Assembly (NCBI RefSeq): GCF_009914755.1
Contig: NC_060948.1
From: the human T2T-CHM13v2.0 reference genome, Homo sapiens
DNA: 64,000 bases
Reading direction: 5' to 3' (one strand)
Shown here: one piece after another, positions 35,893 to 50,977 of the stretch
Position numbering within the stretch: position 1 is the first letter of the stretch
Layout: every line of letters begins with the position of its first letter
Notes under the pieces: generated by a model
What the model was told of the DNA's origin: nothing
What the model saw: only the letters and a program-made list of their open reading frames with translations
Database searches by the model: none
Position numbers and translations under genes: made by a program

Positions 35893-36958
35893 AAGACAAT
35901 CCTATAAAACAGAGCCGCACTGAGTTTTGTATTTAGCCTAGAAATAATAATTAATTGCTTGTCAGTGATTTATAGTGGTTTACTTTTTATCAAACTGACA
36001 AACTAAATAATGTAATAGTAAGTTTAAGCACAGTTAGGTGTTTATTGAAATGTGAAGTGGTTTCAGATATTTCTCCTGTAGGTGATTATTTTACTTAGAG
36101 AATGGAGGCATTTTTTATGTTGCCTGTATGTTTACTAATCTTTCAAAATTGTATATCATTTTTATTATCTAAAGGATTTCTCTCATTCACTACACTGGTA
36201 GGTGAAGAAGAAGCAGGCATTCATTGAGATGGTGAGCATGGCAGGAGCAACAAGAATTCTATCATCAAGGAAATTTAAAGTTTTGGTAAAGACTATATAT
36301 TTTAATGCCAATGCTAATTCTAAGGAAACAACAGATGTAGCAGCAGTTACGATAAAAACCAAGTGCTCTTGTCTGTTAAGCTGTTTTATTGCAAGTTTCT
36401 GTAATATTTTTGATGAAAACAAATAACAAAGGAGGATAAAAGCACCATTAGCAACAAGCAACAACAAAAAGATAGTTATTACTGGTAGAAGAACGCCAAA
36501 AGTTAATGCCTGTGGAAATTTTTTTAAATATGAGCCATAAATGAGCAGGCTAAATACAAATATAGCACAAAAATAGGTTGAGACAACTTTGTAAGAGCTG
36601 AACTGTAAATTGAATTCAATTTTGATGAATGAACTCTGCTGTGATGAGGTGTGTATATGTAAGTGGAAATCAGTCTACCTATCTATTGATTGGAAAGGAG
36701 GGCATTTGACCATCAGTTTTTTCAGATTTCATTCCATTATTAATCAAGTTTATTATTTAATGACATTATATAATGTAAGTGATTTAAGATACTTCAGGAT
36801 AAGATATTTAAGGCATTTCAATATGGAATCTCTTCTATGCCATTAAGAAAAAATCACTTTGGTACATGACACATGAGTTAAATTCCCAGTAGTTACTCTT
36901 TGTCTTAGTCTAATTTTGTCAGTTTTTCTGGGACAATCTGGTTTATGCACATTATTAT

Positions 36959-37724
36959 TGATACGGAAGTGGGGCAGGGAAACTCTGCGTAGAGAAAAGC
37001 ATGTCCCTGGCTAGGGCTCCACCCCAAAGGACCTAGGTGAGGACAGGCACTCCTGCTTTCCCGCCCAAATGTTGCATTTTCCAAGACCACCCTGGCCCAC
37101 CATGCCTCCATCCTGGGCCTATAAAAACCCGAGACCCTAGCGGGCAGACACACAAGCGGCTGGACAGCGTGAGGAACACATCGGCGGGAGAAGACACAAG
37201 CGGCTGGTCATCCAGAGCAGATGGCAAAATAGCTCGCCCGGCAGGCCATTGACTAGTGGAACAACACAGAGTCTGGCCAGAGCCGTCGGAGAAAAGTCCG
37301 GTCACCGAGCGGCCCGATTCCGGGGGAAAACTATCTCCCTTCTGGCTCCCCCATCTGCCCAGACCTACTCCTACTCAATAAAATCTTGCACTCATTCTCC
37401 AAGCCCACGTGTGATCCGATTCTTCCCGTACACCAAGGCAGGAAACCCCGGGATACAGAAATCCCTCTGTCCTTATGATAAGGAAGGGGGTCTGAGTTGG
37501 TTAACACAAGCCACCTATAGACAGCAAAACAAAGAGCACCCTGTAACACATCCCACCGGGGCTTCAGCTGTAAATATGCACCGCTAAACACTGCCGTGGT
37601 GTCAGAGCCCCACAGCCTGCCCGTCTGTATGCTCTCCTTTGAGCATACAGTGGGGCACTGAAGAAGAGAGCCACACCCCCATCGCATGCCCTGCGAGAGG
37701 GACAGGGGAACCTTGCCTGTTTAA
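36959..37724 (+). mobile_element. ERV1 solo LTR (LTR1-like)
   Basis: Begins tgatacggaagtggggcaggga; TATAAAA at 37120, AATAAA at 37377-37382; 4-bp TSD ttat at 36955-36958 and 37725-37728. Confidence 0.82.
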
Positions 37725-37914
37725 TTATGATATGATATATTAATACTGACATTCACTCTCAAGACCGTACTGGTTGGATTATCAATCCTATAGTCTCTTT
37801 ATCTATTATTTTCTCATTAAAAAATGCTGCTGGAGATGACCCAAAGATTTACCATGTGGAGAAAGCTTAACTCTAGTTTTAAATTGAGGTTAAATTATTC
37901 CATTCCTATTCCAA

Positions 37915-39195
<1,281 letters not shown>

Positions 39196-40414
39196 GAATG
39201 TAACTTATACCCCGTTCTTAACAATTCTAGCATATTAGAGTTGTTAATCCATTCCAGTAGGAATTTCCATTCCTTGCATAGTTTAATTTGATATACTACC
39301 ATTTATATACTCATTATGTGTTTGTATGTATGTGGAATTGGATGGTTAAAATCACATACAAAGAATCACTTCACACGTGTGAAGTAAACATGCTAACATG
39401 CTTTCTGCATAAGAAGTCAAAAGACAGCAGTGGTACTTATATTTAATTTCAACTTGGATAGGCTTAAAATGACCTTCATAAGAGAGATTTGAATACACTT
39501 TAACTAAGGCAGGAGGTTTATGTAGCAAATCCATTACCACTTCCAAAAATCTGTCACTGGAATACAAAATCCAATGGTTGCGGTCTGTTCTATGCCAAAA
39601 CATAGGTTTAATTATTCAGAAGACCGTTAGAGCACATTTTCTAAACCTAAAACTCGGCAAAGAAATTCTACCTAATGTCCCTTAGCTTTGGGAGCTATAC
39701 ACTAAGGCACCTTCCTGGTGTGCAGGATTGTGGCTTTTATGAACGTCTGAATTAAAACAGTTACCTATTAGAGAGCTAAAGTCCCCTGTTCTGCCTCACC
39801 TTAAATTTATCAAATTGTTTATCTTCTACTATTCCTCTGGTGATCATGGTAAATAATGATTTAATTGCACTGTTAACAACCTACAAATAGTGTATAATTT
39901 TTTTATTCCTACTGAGTATTAATGTAATTTGCCTTTCATTATTAGGAAAGGGTTAAAGTGAAGGATATAGATCCATTTAATGGCAAAAGGATAGAAGGAT
40001 TAGTCAATAAACCAAATAAAAATGACAGAGTGTAAAAGAAAGTTGTTTCAATACATGGTGAGTCACTATAAGAAAATGATTTTAAAGCACGTCAGGGATA
40101 TATTTAAAATGAGGTGGTTCTGGCAATACGTTAGTTTTTGTTAAAATGACATTTACATTAAAATGAATAAATAATTGTTATAGACTCAAATACACTTCAT
40201 TTGCTCTCGGTCACATTATCAGTATCCACTTAGAAGCTCAGTTTGAATTTAAACACATTTTATTCTTACAAGGTTTGTGCTTTCATCATCAAGATTTTCT
40301 TTTAGAATTTTTTGTGTTAATTTTTATAATATCAATAAACAAATAATATCAATTATAGTATTTAATCATGTTCTTATGACATGGAAAAAATCAATTATAT
40401 GTTGAAAATCAGTT

Positions 40415-40480
40415 TATGAAAGTCTTTCTGCTCTGGACTATAAAATATATGAAAGTCTTTCTGCTCTGGACTATAAAATA
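40415..40480. repeat. Perfect 33-bp tandem duplication
   Basis: tatgaaagtctttctgctctggactataaaata x2. Confidence 0.97.
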
Positions 40481-40487
40481 TCAAGAA

Positions 40488-40792
40488 GGCCGGTCGCGGT
40501 AGCTCATGCCTGTAATCCCAGCACTTTGGGGGGCTGAGGTGGGTGGATCACCTGAGTTCAGGAGTTCGAGACCAGCCTGACTAACATGGTGAAACCCTGT
40601 CTCTACCGAAATTACAAAAAAATCACCTGGGCGTGGTGGCAGGCGCCTGTAATCCCAGCTGCTGGGGAGGCTGAGGCAGGAGAATTGCCTGAACTGGGGA
40701 GGCAGAGGTTGCCGTAAGCTGAGATTGTGCCACTGCACTCCAGCCTGGGCAACAAGAGCAAGACTCTTTCTAGAAACAAAACAAAACAAAAA
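40488..40792 (+). mobile_element. AluS (Sq-like)
   Basis: Full dimer; TSD atcaagaa. Confidence 0.93.
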
Positions 40793-40870
40793 TCAAGAAT
40801 ACTTTTAATAGTTAATAATTTTAAAATGCTAAATACTTGCACTTCATAAGAAATGTATTTATTAGATAGA

Positions 40871-41086
40871 GCCTGGCCAACATGGAGAAACTCCATCTCT
40901 ACTAAAAATACAAAAATTAGCTGGGCGTGGTGGTGCGTGCCTGTAATCACAGCCACTCAGGAGGCTGAGGCACAAGAATTGCTTGAACCTGGGAGGCAGA
41001 GGTTACAGTAAGTTTAGATCATGCCACTGCACTCCAGCCTGGGTGACAGAGCAAGAGACTGTCTCAAAAAAAAGAAAAAAAGAAAA
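40871..41086 (+). mobile_element. 5'-truncated AluS
   Basis: Starts gcctggccaacatgg; degenerate TSD gaaat(g/t)tattta(t/a)tagatag. Confidence 0.9.
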
Positions 41087-41199
41087 GGAAATTTATTTAA
41101 TAGATAGTTGACTCCTTACTTTGTCTTTGTATTTATTAACTTTGATTTTAAGATTGCCGAATGGTAATGTTTTCTAGTCTTTTTTCAGAATATATATAT

Positions 41200-41484
41200 A
41201 TTTTTGAAACAGAGTCTAGCTCTGTCGCCAGGCTGGAGTTCAGTGGTGGGATCTCGGCTCACTGAAACCTCCGCCTCCTAGGTTTAAGCGATTCTCCTGC
41301 CTCAGCCTCCCGAGTAGCTGAGGTTACAGGCACGCACTGCCATTTCCAGCTAATTTTTGTATTTTTAGTAGAGACAGGGTTTCACCTTGTTGGCCAGGAT
41401 GGTCTGGATCTCCTGACCTCGTGATCTGCTCACCTCGGCCTCCCAAAGTGCTGGGATTACAGGCGTGAGCCACTGGGCCCAGCC
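41200..41484 (-). mobile_element. AluSc-like
   Basis: tctgtcgccagg diagnostic; very short tail. Confidence 0.92.
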
Positions 41485-42186
41485 TAGAATAGATAATTTT
41501 TATATTTAGCAAACTACACTTGCTTTATTTGTCTGCATTGTTCTGCACTGACTCTAAGATTTTAAGCACAAAAATAAGTACATATTACAAAAATATCTTA
41601 ATATCTCATGGATTTTGTAGCTACTGTCAAATTGGCATGCTAATAATTCTTGCTCTTCTAATATAAATATTAAAAAGTAAAGAAACTTTAGCAGGAATAT
41701 AAGGTAAATATTATAGAAGAACATATGAAATAATAATGAGAAATAAAGTTTGGAAGTCCTAGTTAATGGAATCATATGTAGGTAGAATCTCTCAGTCTGC
41801 TGTATTTTCAGATGTGGATGTAGGAGGTTTGCTGTGTTCTCTCTCATGTGACCCACTGCAAAAATTCAACATGTATTGAATATAAAAAAATATTCTACAT
41901 AGTGGAGAAGAATTCACATCTATGAATTCTTTGTATAGTGTAAACTCATTATATTATCATTTTAAAAATATATTATCATTTTTTAAAGATTCCATAGTCT
42001 GAGTAACGGCCAGTATAGTTTAGTATTACAAAACTCCTGAGAAAGGGTTATGATACTCAGGAGAATAAAAAACACAAGTGTCTGTATGTTTTAGAGTATA
42101 AAGGGAAATTTTCTAGAACAAATAAAAAGGTAATTGGTGGTAAACTTAACCTCATTGGGATTAAAAAAAAAAAGGCAATTTAAGAG

Positions 42187-42621
42187 TGTCAAAAACCAAA
42201 TTACAATGAATTTAGTTTAAAGACATAATTGACTTTTATTAGTGATTCTAGAATCAGGCAACATCTCATTCTATAAAACAGAATGAGTGCTGAACAGTTG
42301 TTTTTTTAAAGTGCAAACAAGGAAACAGATTAAAATGTGGAGTGACATCAGGTTACCTCATTTTTTTTTTTTTTTTGTAAGGGTTAAAGCTGAGAGGACT
42401 TCCTTGTTTTGCTGGCTCAGGTTTACTGGGCCCTCTTCAATTGTTTGTTATGAATCTCCTGTTTTCAAAAAAAAAAGGTTTGGGGATTTACCTGCTTCCT
42501 TAATGTTTCAGTTTGATTATAAGGCACTTATCATGAGTGACTCCATTTTGGTTTGCTCTACTGGGGCCTTAGTGCAGGAGCTCAGCCCAAAACAATGGCC
42601 GTTCATACATTTTATTTAACA
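42187..42621 (-). mobile_element. ERV1 solo LTR (MER31-like)
   Basis: Minus strand begins tgttaaataaaatg...ggccattgttttgggctgagctcctgcacta; TG...CA termini. Confidence 0.72.
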
Positions 42622-43589
42622 GGGAATGGTTTTATTTATTTATTTTTTTGTTTGTTTGTTTATTTTGGTCTGTCTGTAGCTGGCTGGCTCTACTGGCCAG
42701 CTTTTTTTTTTTTTTTTTTTTTTTAATTTCCATAGGTTATTAGAAATAACCAGGTGGTATTTAGTTACATGAGTAAGTTCTTTTGTGGGGATTTGTTAGA
42801 TTTTTGTGCACGAATCTCCCAAGCAGCATACATTGAACCCAATTTGTAGCCTTTTATTTCTCCCTCCCTTCCCACCCTTTCCCCCTGAGTCCCAAAGTCC
42901 GCTGCATTATTCTTATGCCTCTGCATTCTCACAGCTTAGCTCCCGCTTATGAGTGAGAACATAGGATATTTGATTTTCCATTCCTGAGTTACTTCACTTA
43001 GAATCATAGTCTCCGATCCTATCCAGGTTGCTGCAAATGCCATTAATTCATTCCTTTTTATGGCTGAGTAGTATCCCATCAAATATATACCACAGATTCT
43101 TTATCCACTCGTTGAGTGATGGGCATTTGGGCTGGTTCCATATTTTTGCAATTGTAAATTTTGCTGCTATAAACATGCATGTGCAGGTATTTTCACCAGC
43201 AGTATAGAAGTGTTCCCTTTTCACTGCATCCATGACAACATGTATTATTTTTTGATTTTTTAATTATGGCCATTCTTGTGGGAGTAAGGTCGTATCGCAT
43301 TGTGGTTTTTATTTGGAATCCCTGATCATTAGTGCTGTTGATCAGTTTCTTATATGTTTCTTGGCCACTTGTATATCTTCTGTTGAGACATGTCTATTCA
43401 TGTCCTTAGCCCACTTTTTGCTGGGATTTCTTTTTTTATTTCTTGTTAATTTGAGTTCCTTGTAGATTCTGGATATTAGTCCTTTGTTGTATGTATAGAT
43501 TGTGAAGATTTTCTCCCACTCTGTAAGATTTGTTCTTTAAAGAGGTTATGTTTTAATGTGTTTCCAGGATGTGTTTCAAACTTGATAGC

Positions 43590-44400
43590 TCCTTTTAGCA
43601 GTTCCTGTAGTGCTGGCTTGGTAGTGGCAAATTCTCTCAGCATTTGTTTCTCTGAAAAAGACTGTATCTTTTCTTCATTTATAAAGCTTAGTTTTGCTGG
43701 ATACAATACTTTTGGCTGATAATTATTTTGTTTAAAGAAGTTAAAGATAGGGCCCCAGTCCCTTCTAGCTTGGAGGGTTTCTGCTGATAAATCGGCTGTT
43801 AATCTGATATGTTTTCTTTTTTAGGTTACCTGGTGTTTTTTCCTCACAGCTCTTAAGATTCTTTCCTTCATCTTGACTTTTGATAACATGATGACAATGT
43901 GCCTAGACATGATCTTTTTGCAATGAATTTCCCAGGTGTTCTTTGAGCTTTTTGTATTTGAATGTCTAGGTCTCTAGCAAGGCCGGGGAAGTTTTCCTCA
44001 ATTAGTCCCCCAAATATGTTTTCCAGACTTTTAGATTTCTCTTCTTCCTCAGGAATGCCAATTATCTTAGGTTTGGTCATTTATCATAATCCTAAACTTC
44101 TTGGAGGCTTTGTTCATTTTTTAAAATTCTTTTCTCTTTGTCTTTGTTGGATTGAGTTAATTAGAAAACCTTGTCTTTGAGCTCTGAAGTTCTTTCTTCT
44201 GCTTGTCTGATTCTATTGCTGAGACTTTCCAGTACATTTTGCATTTCTCTGAATGTGCCCTTTATTTCCTAAAGTTGTCATTGTTTTTTATTTATGCTAT
44301 CTATTTCACTGAAGGTTTGTCCCCTGATATCTTGTATCATTTATTTGACTTCATTAAGTTGGACTTCACCTTTCTCTGGTGCCTCCTTGATTAGCTTAGT
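43590..44400 (-). pseudogene. Decayed L1 ORF1p coding sequence
   Basis: Fragments IIGIPEEEEKSKSLENIF..IEENFPGLARDLDIQIQKAQRTP (RRM) and YPAKLSFINEEKIQSFSEKQMLREFATTKPALQELLKG (CTD), broken by stops/frameshifts. Confidence 0.9.
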
Positions 44401-44522
44401 AATCAACTTTCTGAATTCTTTTTCAGGTATATCAGAGATTTATTCTTGGTTTGTATTTATTGCTGGTGAGCAAGTGTGATTTTTGGGGGAGTGTTAAAAA
44501 ACCTTGTTTTGTCATATTATGA

Positions 44523-44897
<375 letters not shown>

Positions 44898-47110
44898 ATT
44901 GCTGTTTAGATTCTTTTGTCCCATGGGGTGTTCCCTTGATGTAGTACTCTTCCCTTTTTCCTAAGGATGTGGCTTCCTGAGAGTGGAACTCTAATAATTG
45001 TTATTTATCTTCTGGATCTAGCCATGCAGAAGGGCTAACAGGCTTTGGGTTGGTACTGGGGATTGTCTGCACAAAGTCCTGTGATGTGAAGTGTCTTCGG
45101 TATCCTCAGCTGTGGATACCATCACCTGCTCTGGTGGAGGTGGCAGGGGAATGAAATGGACTCTGTGAGGGTCCTTAGTTTTGATTGTTTAATGCACTAT
45201 TTTTGTGCTGGTTGGCCACCTGCCAGGAGGTGGTGCTTTCAAGAGAGCATCAGCTGTGGTAGTATAGGGAGGAACAGGTGGTGCGCAGGGCCCTAGAACT
45301 CCCAAGAGGATATCCCCTTTGTCTTCAGCTACCAAGGTGGGTAGGGAAGGACCATCAGGTGGGGGCAGGGTTAGGTGTGTCTGAGCTCAGATTCTCTTTG
45401 GGCAGGGCATGCTGTGGCTGCTGTGGTGGATGGGGGTGTGGTTTCCAGGTCAATGGAGTTATGTTCCCAGGAGGATTATGGCAGTCTCTGCTGTGTCATG
45501 CAGTTTGTCAGGGAAGTAGGGGAAAGCCGGCAGTTACAGACCTCACCTAGCTCTCATGCAACCCAAAAGGCCTGTCTCACTCCCACCGTGCCCCCCACCA
45601 AAACAGTGCTGAGTTTGTTTCCAGGCAGTGGGGAAGCAGGGCTGAGAGCTTGCCCCAGGCTACCAGCCTCCCCACAGAGAAAGCAAGCAGGGCTTTTGCA
45701 CCTCCCCACCTGTCGATTCTGCATACCAGATTCACACCCTACCCTGAGTTCTGGCCAGGAGACTTCGCATTTGGTTGGAATTGTTACAAAGTTCAGCTGG
45801 AGGTTTCCTTCTCCCTGTGGTCTTTTCCCAGTTCCTCTGGCAGCCCTCCCCAAGGACCCCTGTGAGACAAGTCAGAAATAGCTACCCTGGGGACCCAGAG
45901 AGCCCACAGGGCTTTTTCCGCTGCTTCCTCTACCCCTGTATTTCACTTGGCTATCTAAATTGACTCAGTTCTAGATGAGGTCAAATGCCTCTCCCGTGAT
46001 TTAGACCCTCAGGTTCCCCAGTGAGGGCGTGTGTTTGGGGGCAGACAATCCCCCTTTCCCACTGTCACAGCTTGGGTACTCACAGTATTTGGGCTGTCTC
46101 CCGGCTCCTGCAGGAGCAATCCACTTCCTTCAGAGGGTCTGTGGATTCTCTTGGCTTTCTTGGTATATTTCTGTAGGAGTTCTGGAGCAAAGGTTCACGA
46201 TGCAGGTCTCCACACACTGCTCTGTCTGTTTGAGCTGGAACTGCAAGCTAGTCCTGCCTCCTATCCACCATCTTCTCTCTCTGCACCAGGGACTGGTTTT
46301 CATATTTTACAACTTCAAAATAATACAAAGTTTTAGTCATTTTACAGTTAAAAAAATGAAATAATCTAAAGAGACTGTACTTTGCAAACATAAATGACTC
46401 ATCTTGATGCATAGATTAAATTTTAATTACTGTATTATGTTGCCATCAAGAATTATTGTTTTTCAAATTTAACTGACATTTATAGGGAAAATACTTTTTA
46501 ATTAGAATTATCATCTGGTTTCCAAGTAAGCTGCAGTGATATCTCCATCTTGCTCAAAGTTGGAAGTAACATTTATGACACGGGCTTCTTCTTACTGAAA
46601 TATACCAATAATGAGCTGATTCTCTTTTGTTATTTTTTGTTGCTATTTATTTTGTTTTACTAAACAGAATGACTTTATTGTTGAGTGAGATGTTGGACAA
46701 GTACAGGTTTGCTGATATAAAGAGGGTGAAGTAGAAAATTGTTAAGGAGGAATATGCCACCGTCTAAAAAACAATCAATGTTGTGAAAGCCCTAAGATAA
46801 GTATTTCTTCTTGGATTGTCTTCTAATGAGAAGTAATTCTATTTTGTTGTATATTGTTTCACTAGAAATCATCTGAGGTCTGGCAGGAATAACATGTATT
46901 CATGAATGTTCTTGAAGGCAAGGTTTGAAGTAAAGTGTGCACATACATAGACAAGCAGTGAAAACGTGAATAAAATTCAGAACAAAGGCTATTGCTTAAA
47001 ATAAATACTAACACATGTAACTGCAAAGAATCCTGGAGTTAAAGAGTGTCATTTTTTAAATGTCATTTTTTTTTTGTAATTCTGATGCAAGAATTCTATA
47101 TATATTATCA

Positions 47111-47485
47111 TGATATGGTTTGGCTGTGTCCATACCCAAATCTCATCTTGAATTGTAAGTCTTAGAATTCCCACATGTCATGGGAGGAACACGGCGGGAG
47201 GTGACTGACTTATGGGGGCAGGTCTTTCCTGCACTGTTCTTGTGATAGTGAATGAGTCTCAAGAGACCTGATGGTTTTAAAATGGGAGTTTCCCTGCACA
47301 AGCTCTGTTTTTGCCTGCCGCCATCCATGTAAGATATGACTTGCTCCTCCTTACTTTTTACCTTCTGCCATGATTATGAGGCCTCCCCAGCCATGTGGAA
47401 CTGTAAGTGCAGTACACCTCTTTCTTTTGTAAATTGCCCAGTCTCAGCTATGTCTTTATCAGCAGTGTGAAAACAGACTAATACA
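47111..47485 (+). mobile_element. THE1B-like solo LTR (MaLR)
   Basis: tgatatggtttggctgtgtcc...gactaataca. Confidence 0.9.
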
Positions 47486-49021
47486 TACAGTATGCTGCTT
47501 GACAAATTATTTTCATGATGGTATTATAGGATTAAGAGTAATTGACTCATTGATTGGATACAAATAAATTAATAATTTTAAGGTATCATAAATAGAGTTT
47601 AAAAAGATCATTCTTGGCATATATTGAACACCAAGAGAGTCTTATTGCAGCCTCAATGCTAAAGCTTTATAATTTAAAGATGCTCTGATAATCAGCAGTC
47701 TCCTTGTGTATTTTGAAAAGTGAAAGTTGAGATCACAATCCAGTTTTCCATTTTATTGACAAAGAACATGGACTCACTCAAAGCAGTCTCTGCAAAACTC
47801 TTAATGTATTACCAAAGCCATCTTTCCTATGGGATTTTATTGTCTGTACAGGGTATTTGTAATCACAAAACCTATCTTTTTTTCTTTGCTCTATTACATA
47901 CGTAAGTCCCCACTTAAACAGAATTAGGCAGTGCAAGTGAAAAAGATTCAATTCCAGAGGTCGTGGGCTTTGTTGTAAAATCCCATGACTGTAACCATAA
48001 TTATATACAACCCTACATTACTTCTGATGTTTGATAATTATGACCAGTGATATATGTTATTGATTTTAAAGCAATTTAAAACTGGTCCATGTTCAGATTT
48101 CAGTAGCTATGTGCACTGTAATTGCTTTCATAATGTGTCTGTATGATATTTAAATGCTTAAGGATGACTCTCCAGCTAATGAAAAATCATTGTTTGCACT
48201 TTTGCATTTCTAGTACTTCCTGTTATAAATGAATCTGCCATAGGAGGGGATAGTTTTCATGAAATTCCTGAAAGCATTATGGGACTATTACTAGATACAC
48301 AGGATTTGCAAAGGGAATTTGGCTAAAAAAGTGAAACTGACAAGGATATCATTTGCATTACATAAAGTTTCCATAGGTTAACTCTAGCCGAAGGGTATTT
48401 TTAGTGAGCATATTGATAGGGATTGTGAATGACATTACTTCTATTGTGTAAACTTAGGAAAAATCAGTCTTCAATAATATACATATAGTGAAATATAGTG
48501 TACAGTAATATTAATATTTAAATATAGCTGACCACTGTTTTTTATTTTTTCACACAATAATGAAATATATTTTCAATACATTAAAAGAGAAAAATATTTC
48601 TCATTAGTATCTATTCATATGATATTAAGTGTTCAGAAAATATACTCTTTACATCTGTTTGTTGATATAATTTTTTATCAATCTACTATAATCTTATTTT
48701 TATAAAATAGTATTCTACTTACAGTTTATTTCTGATGTGTAATATTTTTGAGTAAATATAGTAATAACTATGACTTTGGATGACAGAAAATAGTTCCTAA
48801 TATTATTCACGCTTTATTTAAAATGTTAGTTTTCCAGAGACTTCACAATCCTATACTTTCTGTCATATTTCACATGGAGTGCTTGCTAATAATTGCCATT
48901 TATATCATCTAAGCAATATCCATATATCAAGACAGATTATGTAAGCAGAAGTTTTAAAATATAACATATTTTAGCAAACACAGAATTTCCTGTAACATGT
49001 CTGTCATAAGGAATTCATCTG

Positions 49022-49317
49022 GGCCAGATGTGATGGCTCACACCTGTCATCTCAAAAGTTTAGGAGGCCAAGGCAGGAGAATCGCTTGAGCCCAGTAGTT
49101 GGAGACCAGCCCAGTCAACCGAGGAAGACATTGTTTCTACAAAAATTTTAAAAATTAGCTGGGCATAGTGGCATGTGCTTATAGACCTGGCTACCCAGGA
49201 GGCTGAGGCAGGAGAATCATTTGAGCCCAATATTTTGAGGCTGCAGTGAGCTATCATGATGCCACTCCACTCCAGCCTGGTGGACAGAGTCCCCATCACT
49301 TAAAAAAGAAAAATAAA
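49022..49317 (+). mobile_element. AluJ
   Basis: J diagnostics; TSD aattcatct. Confidence 0.9.
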
Positions 49318-49674
49318 TTCATCTAGGCAAAAAGGCAATTAGTTGGCTGAATGACAATAGGAAATGTCACCAATAGCTGCAAACTGATGATTCCATCCTT
49401 TATCACGTTGGCAACTCTCCTTATTATGAACATTAAAATTAATACTTTCCTGTAATTTAAACCTGCACCTGCATTTCTTTTTGCTAAAACGTACTATCCT
49501 CAATTATATTCTATAATTTTACTTGCTAATTTTTGCTTCCTTTTCCTCACTGAATATGAAGTGCTATATTAATCTTTAAAGTATATTTTTAAAAGATTAT
49601 CTAAAAGCTATAAAACTGGAAGTTATATTGCTGACAGCGAATCTTCTCTTAAGAACTTTAAAAATAGACATTGA

Positions 49675-50027
<353 letters not shown>

Positions 50028-50689
50028 CTATCAAACCATAGAATTATTAGCGAAAATATTTACTTTTGTTTCAATTGAAAATGCCACATAATAAGATTTA
50101 TTTTAGTAATTTTTTGTGTGTCTCTTCTATAGGCAAGTATCTTAATGATATTTAATTTCAGGGAATTGTGTGGCTCTTGAAAGAGTCAAAATCAAAATTT
50201 ATGTGCCAGATTTTGCCTCTATCTATGTTATTTGTCTCTCTAACTAGTAATTTTCCATGTTGTTTTAGAGTGAATACAGAACAAAGTTATAGAATATAGT
50301 TAGTGATATTTCTTTACTTTTCAATGGTAGATTACTTTGGCCATCTAGTTAAACTACTGGAAAGATCTTGCTGTCTATTTTGTTATTTTGTAGCTTCTTA
50401 CCACAATTGCTGGCCATGAATTTTCTTCTTTTTCTAAAACTGAGGGAATTGGCAAAATTTGGAAAATATGATGTCACTATGATTGATCAACATTATAAAT
50501 GTATTTTTAGAGGAAATTATTCATTGTATAATAGAAAATGTGTAAGTACACATCCTATGAGTCCTGATTGGGATGATTGTTACTAAGAAAGAAAACAAGA
50601 TAGCCTTGCTGATATGAGAAGTAGTTCAGCCTGTGGTATAAAGGTTAACTGTTTTACTTTGCCAACAAATTTAGAGTGCACAAGAATCC

Positions 50690-50947
50690 TTTTTCTGGAG
50701 TGCGGTGGCGTAGTGTCGGCTTACTGTAACCTCCGCCTACTAGGCTCAAGTGATCCTCTGACTTCAGCCTCCCAAGTAGCTGAGACTACAGGCATGTGCC
50801 ACCACATCTGGCTAGTTTTTGTATTTTTCGTAGAGACAGGGTTTCTCCATATTGCCCAAGCTAGTCTTGAACTCCTGAGCTCAAGCAATCCACCCACGTC
50901 AGCCTCCCAAAGTGGTGGGATTACAAACATGAGCCACCACACCCAGC
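50690..50947 (-). mobile_element. AluJ (3' end eroded)
   Basis: Diverged dimer. Confidence 0.88.
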
Positions 50948-50977
50948 TGACAATAGTCCTTTAAACTATATAAATAC

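Noticed and set aside
36183-36467. 94-aa hydrophobic minus-strand ORF that looks membrane-like
   Set aside because: Non-ATG start, no recognisable family, and hydrophobicity is expected from T-rich codons. A tBLASTn or PhyloCSF check would be needed to rescue it.
40415-40480. 33-bp direct repeat as a CRISPR-like unit
   Set aside because: Only two adjacent copies with no spacer, in a primate genome; it is a simple tandem duplication.
45278-46364. Several 60-170 aa ORFs
   Set aside because: They fall in the GC-rich L1PB 5' UTR and have no recognisable protein similarity.
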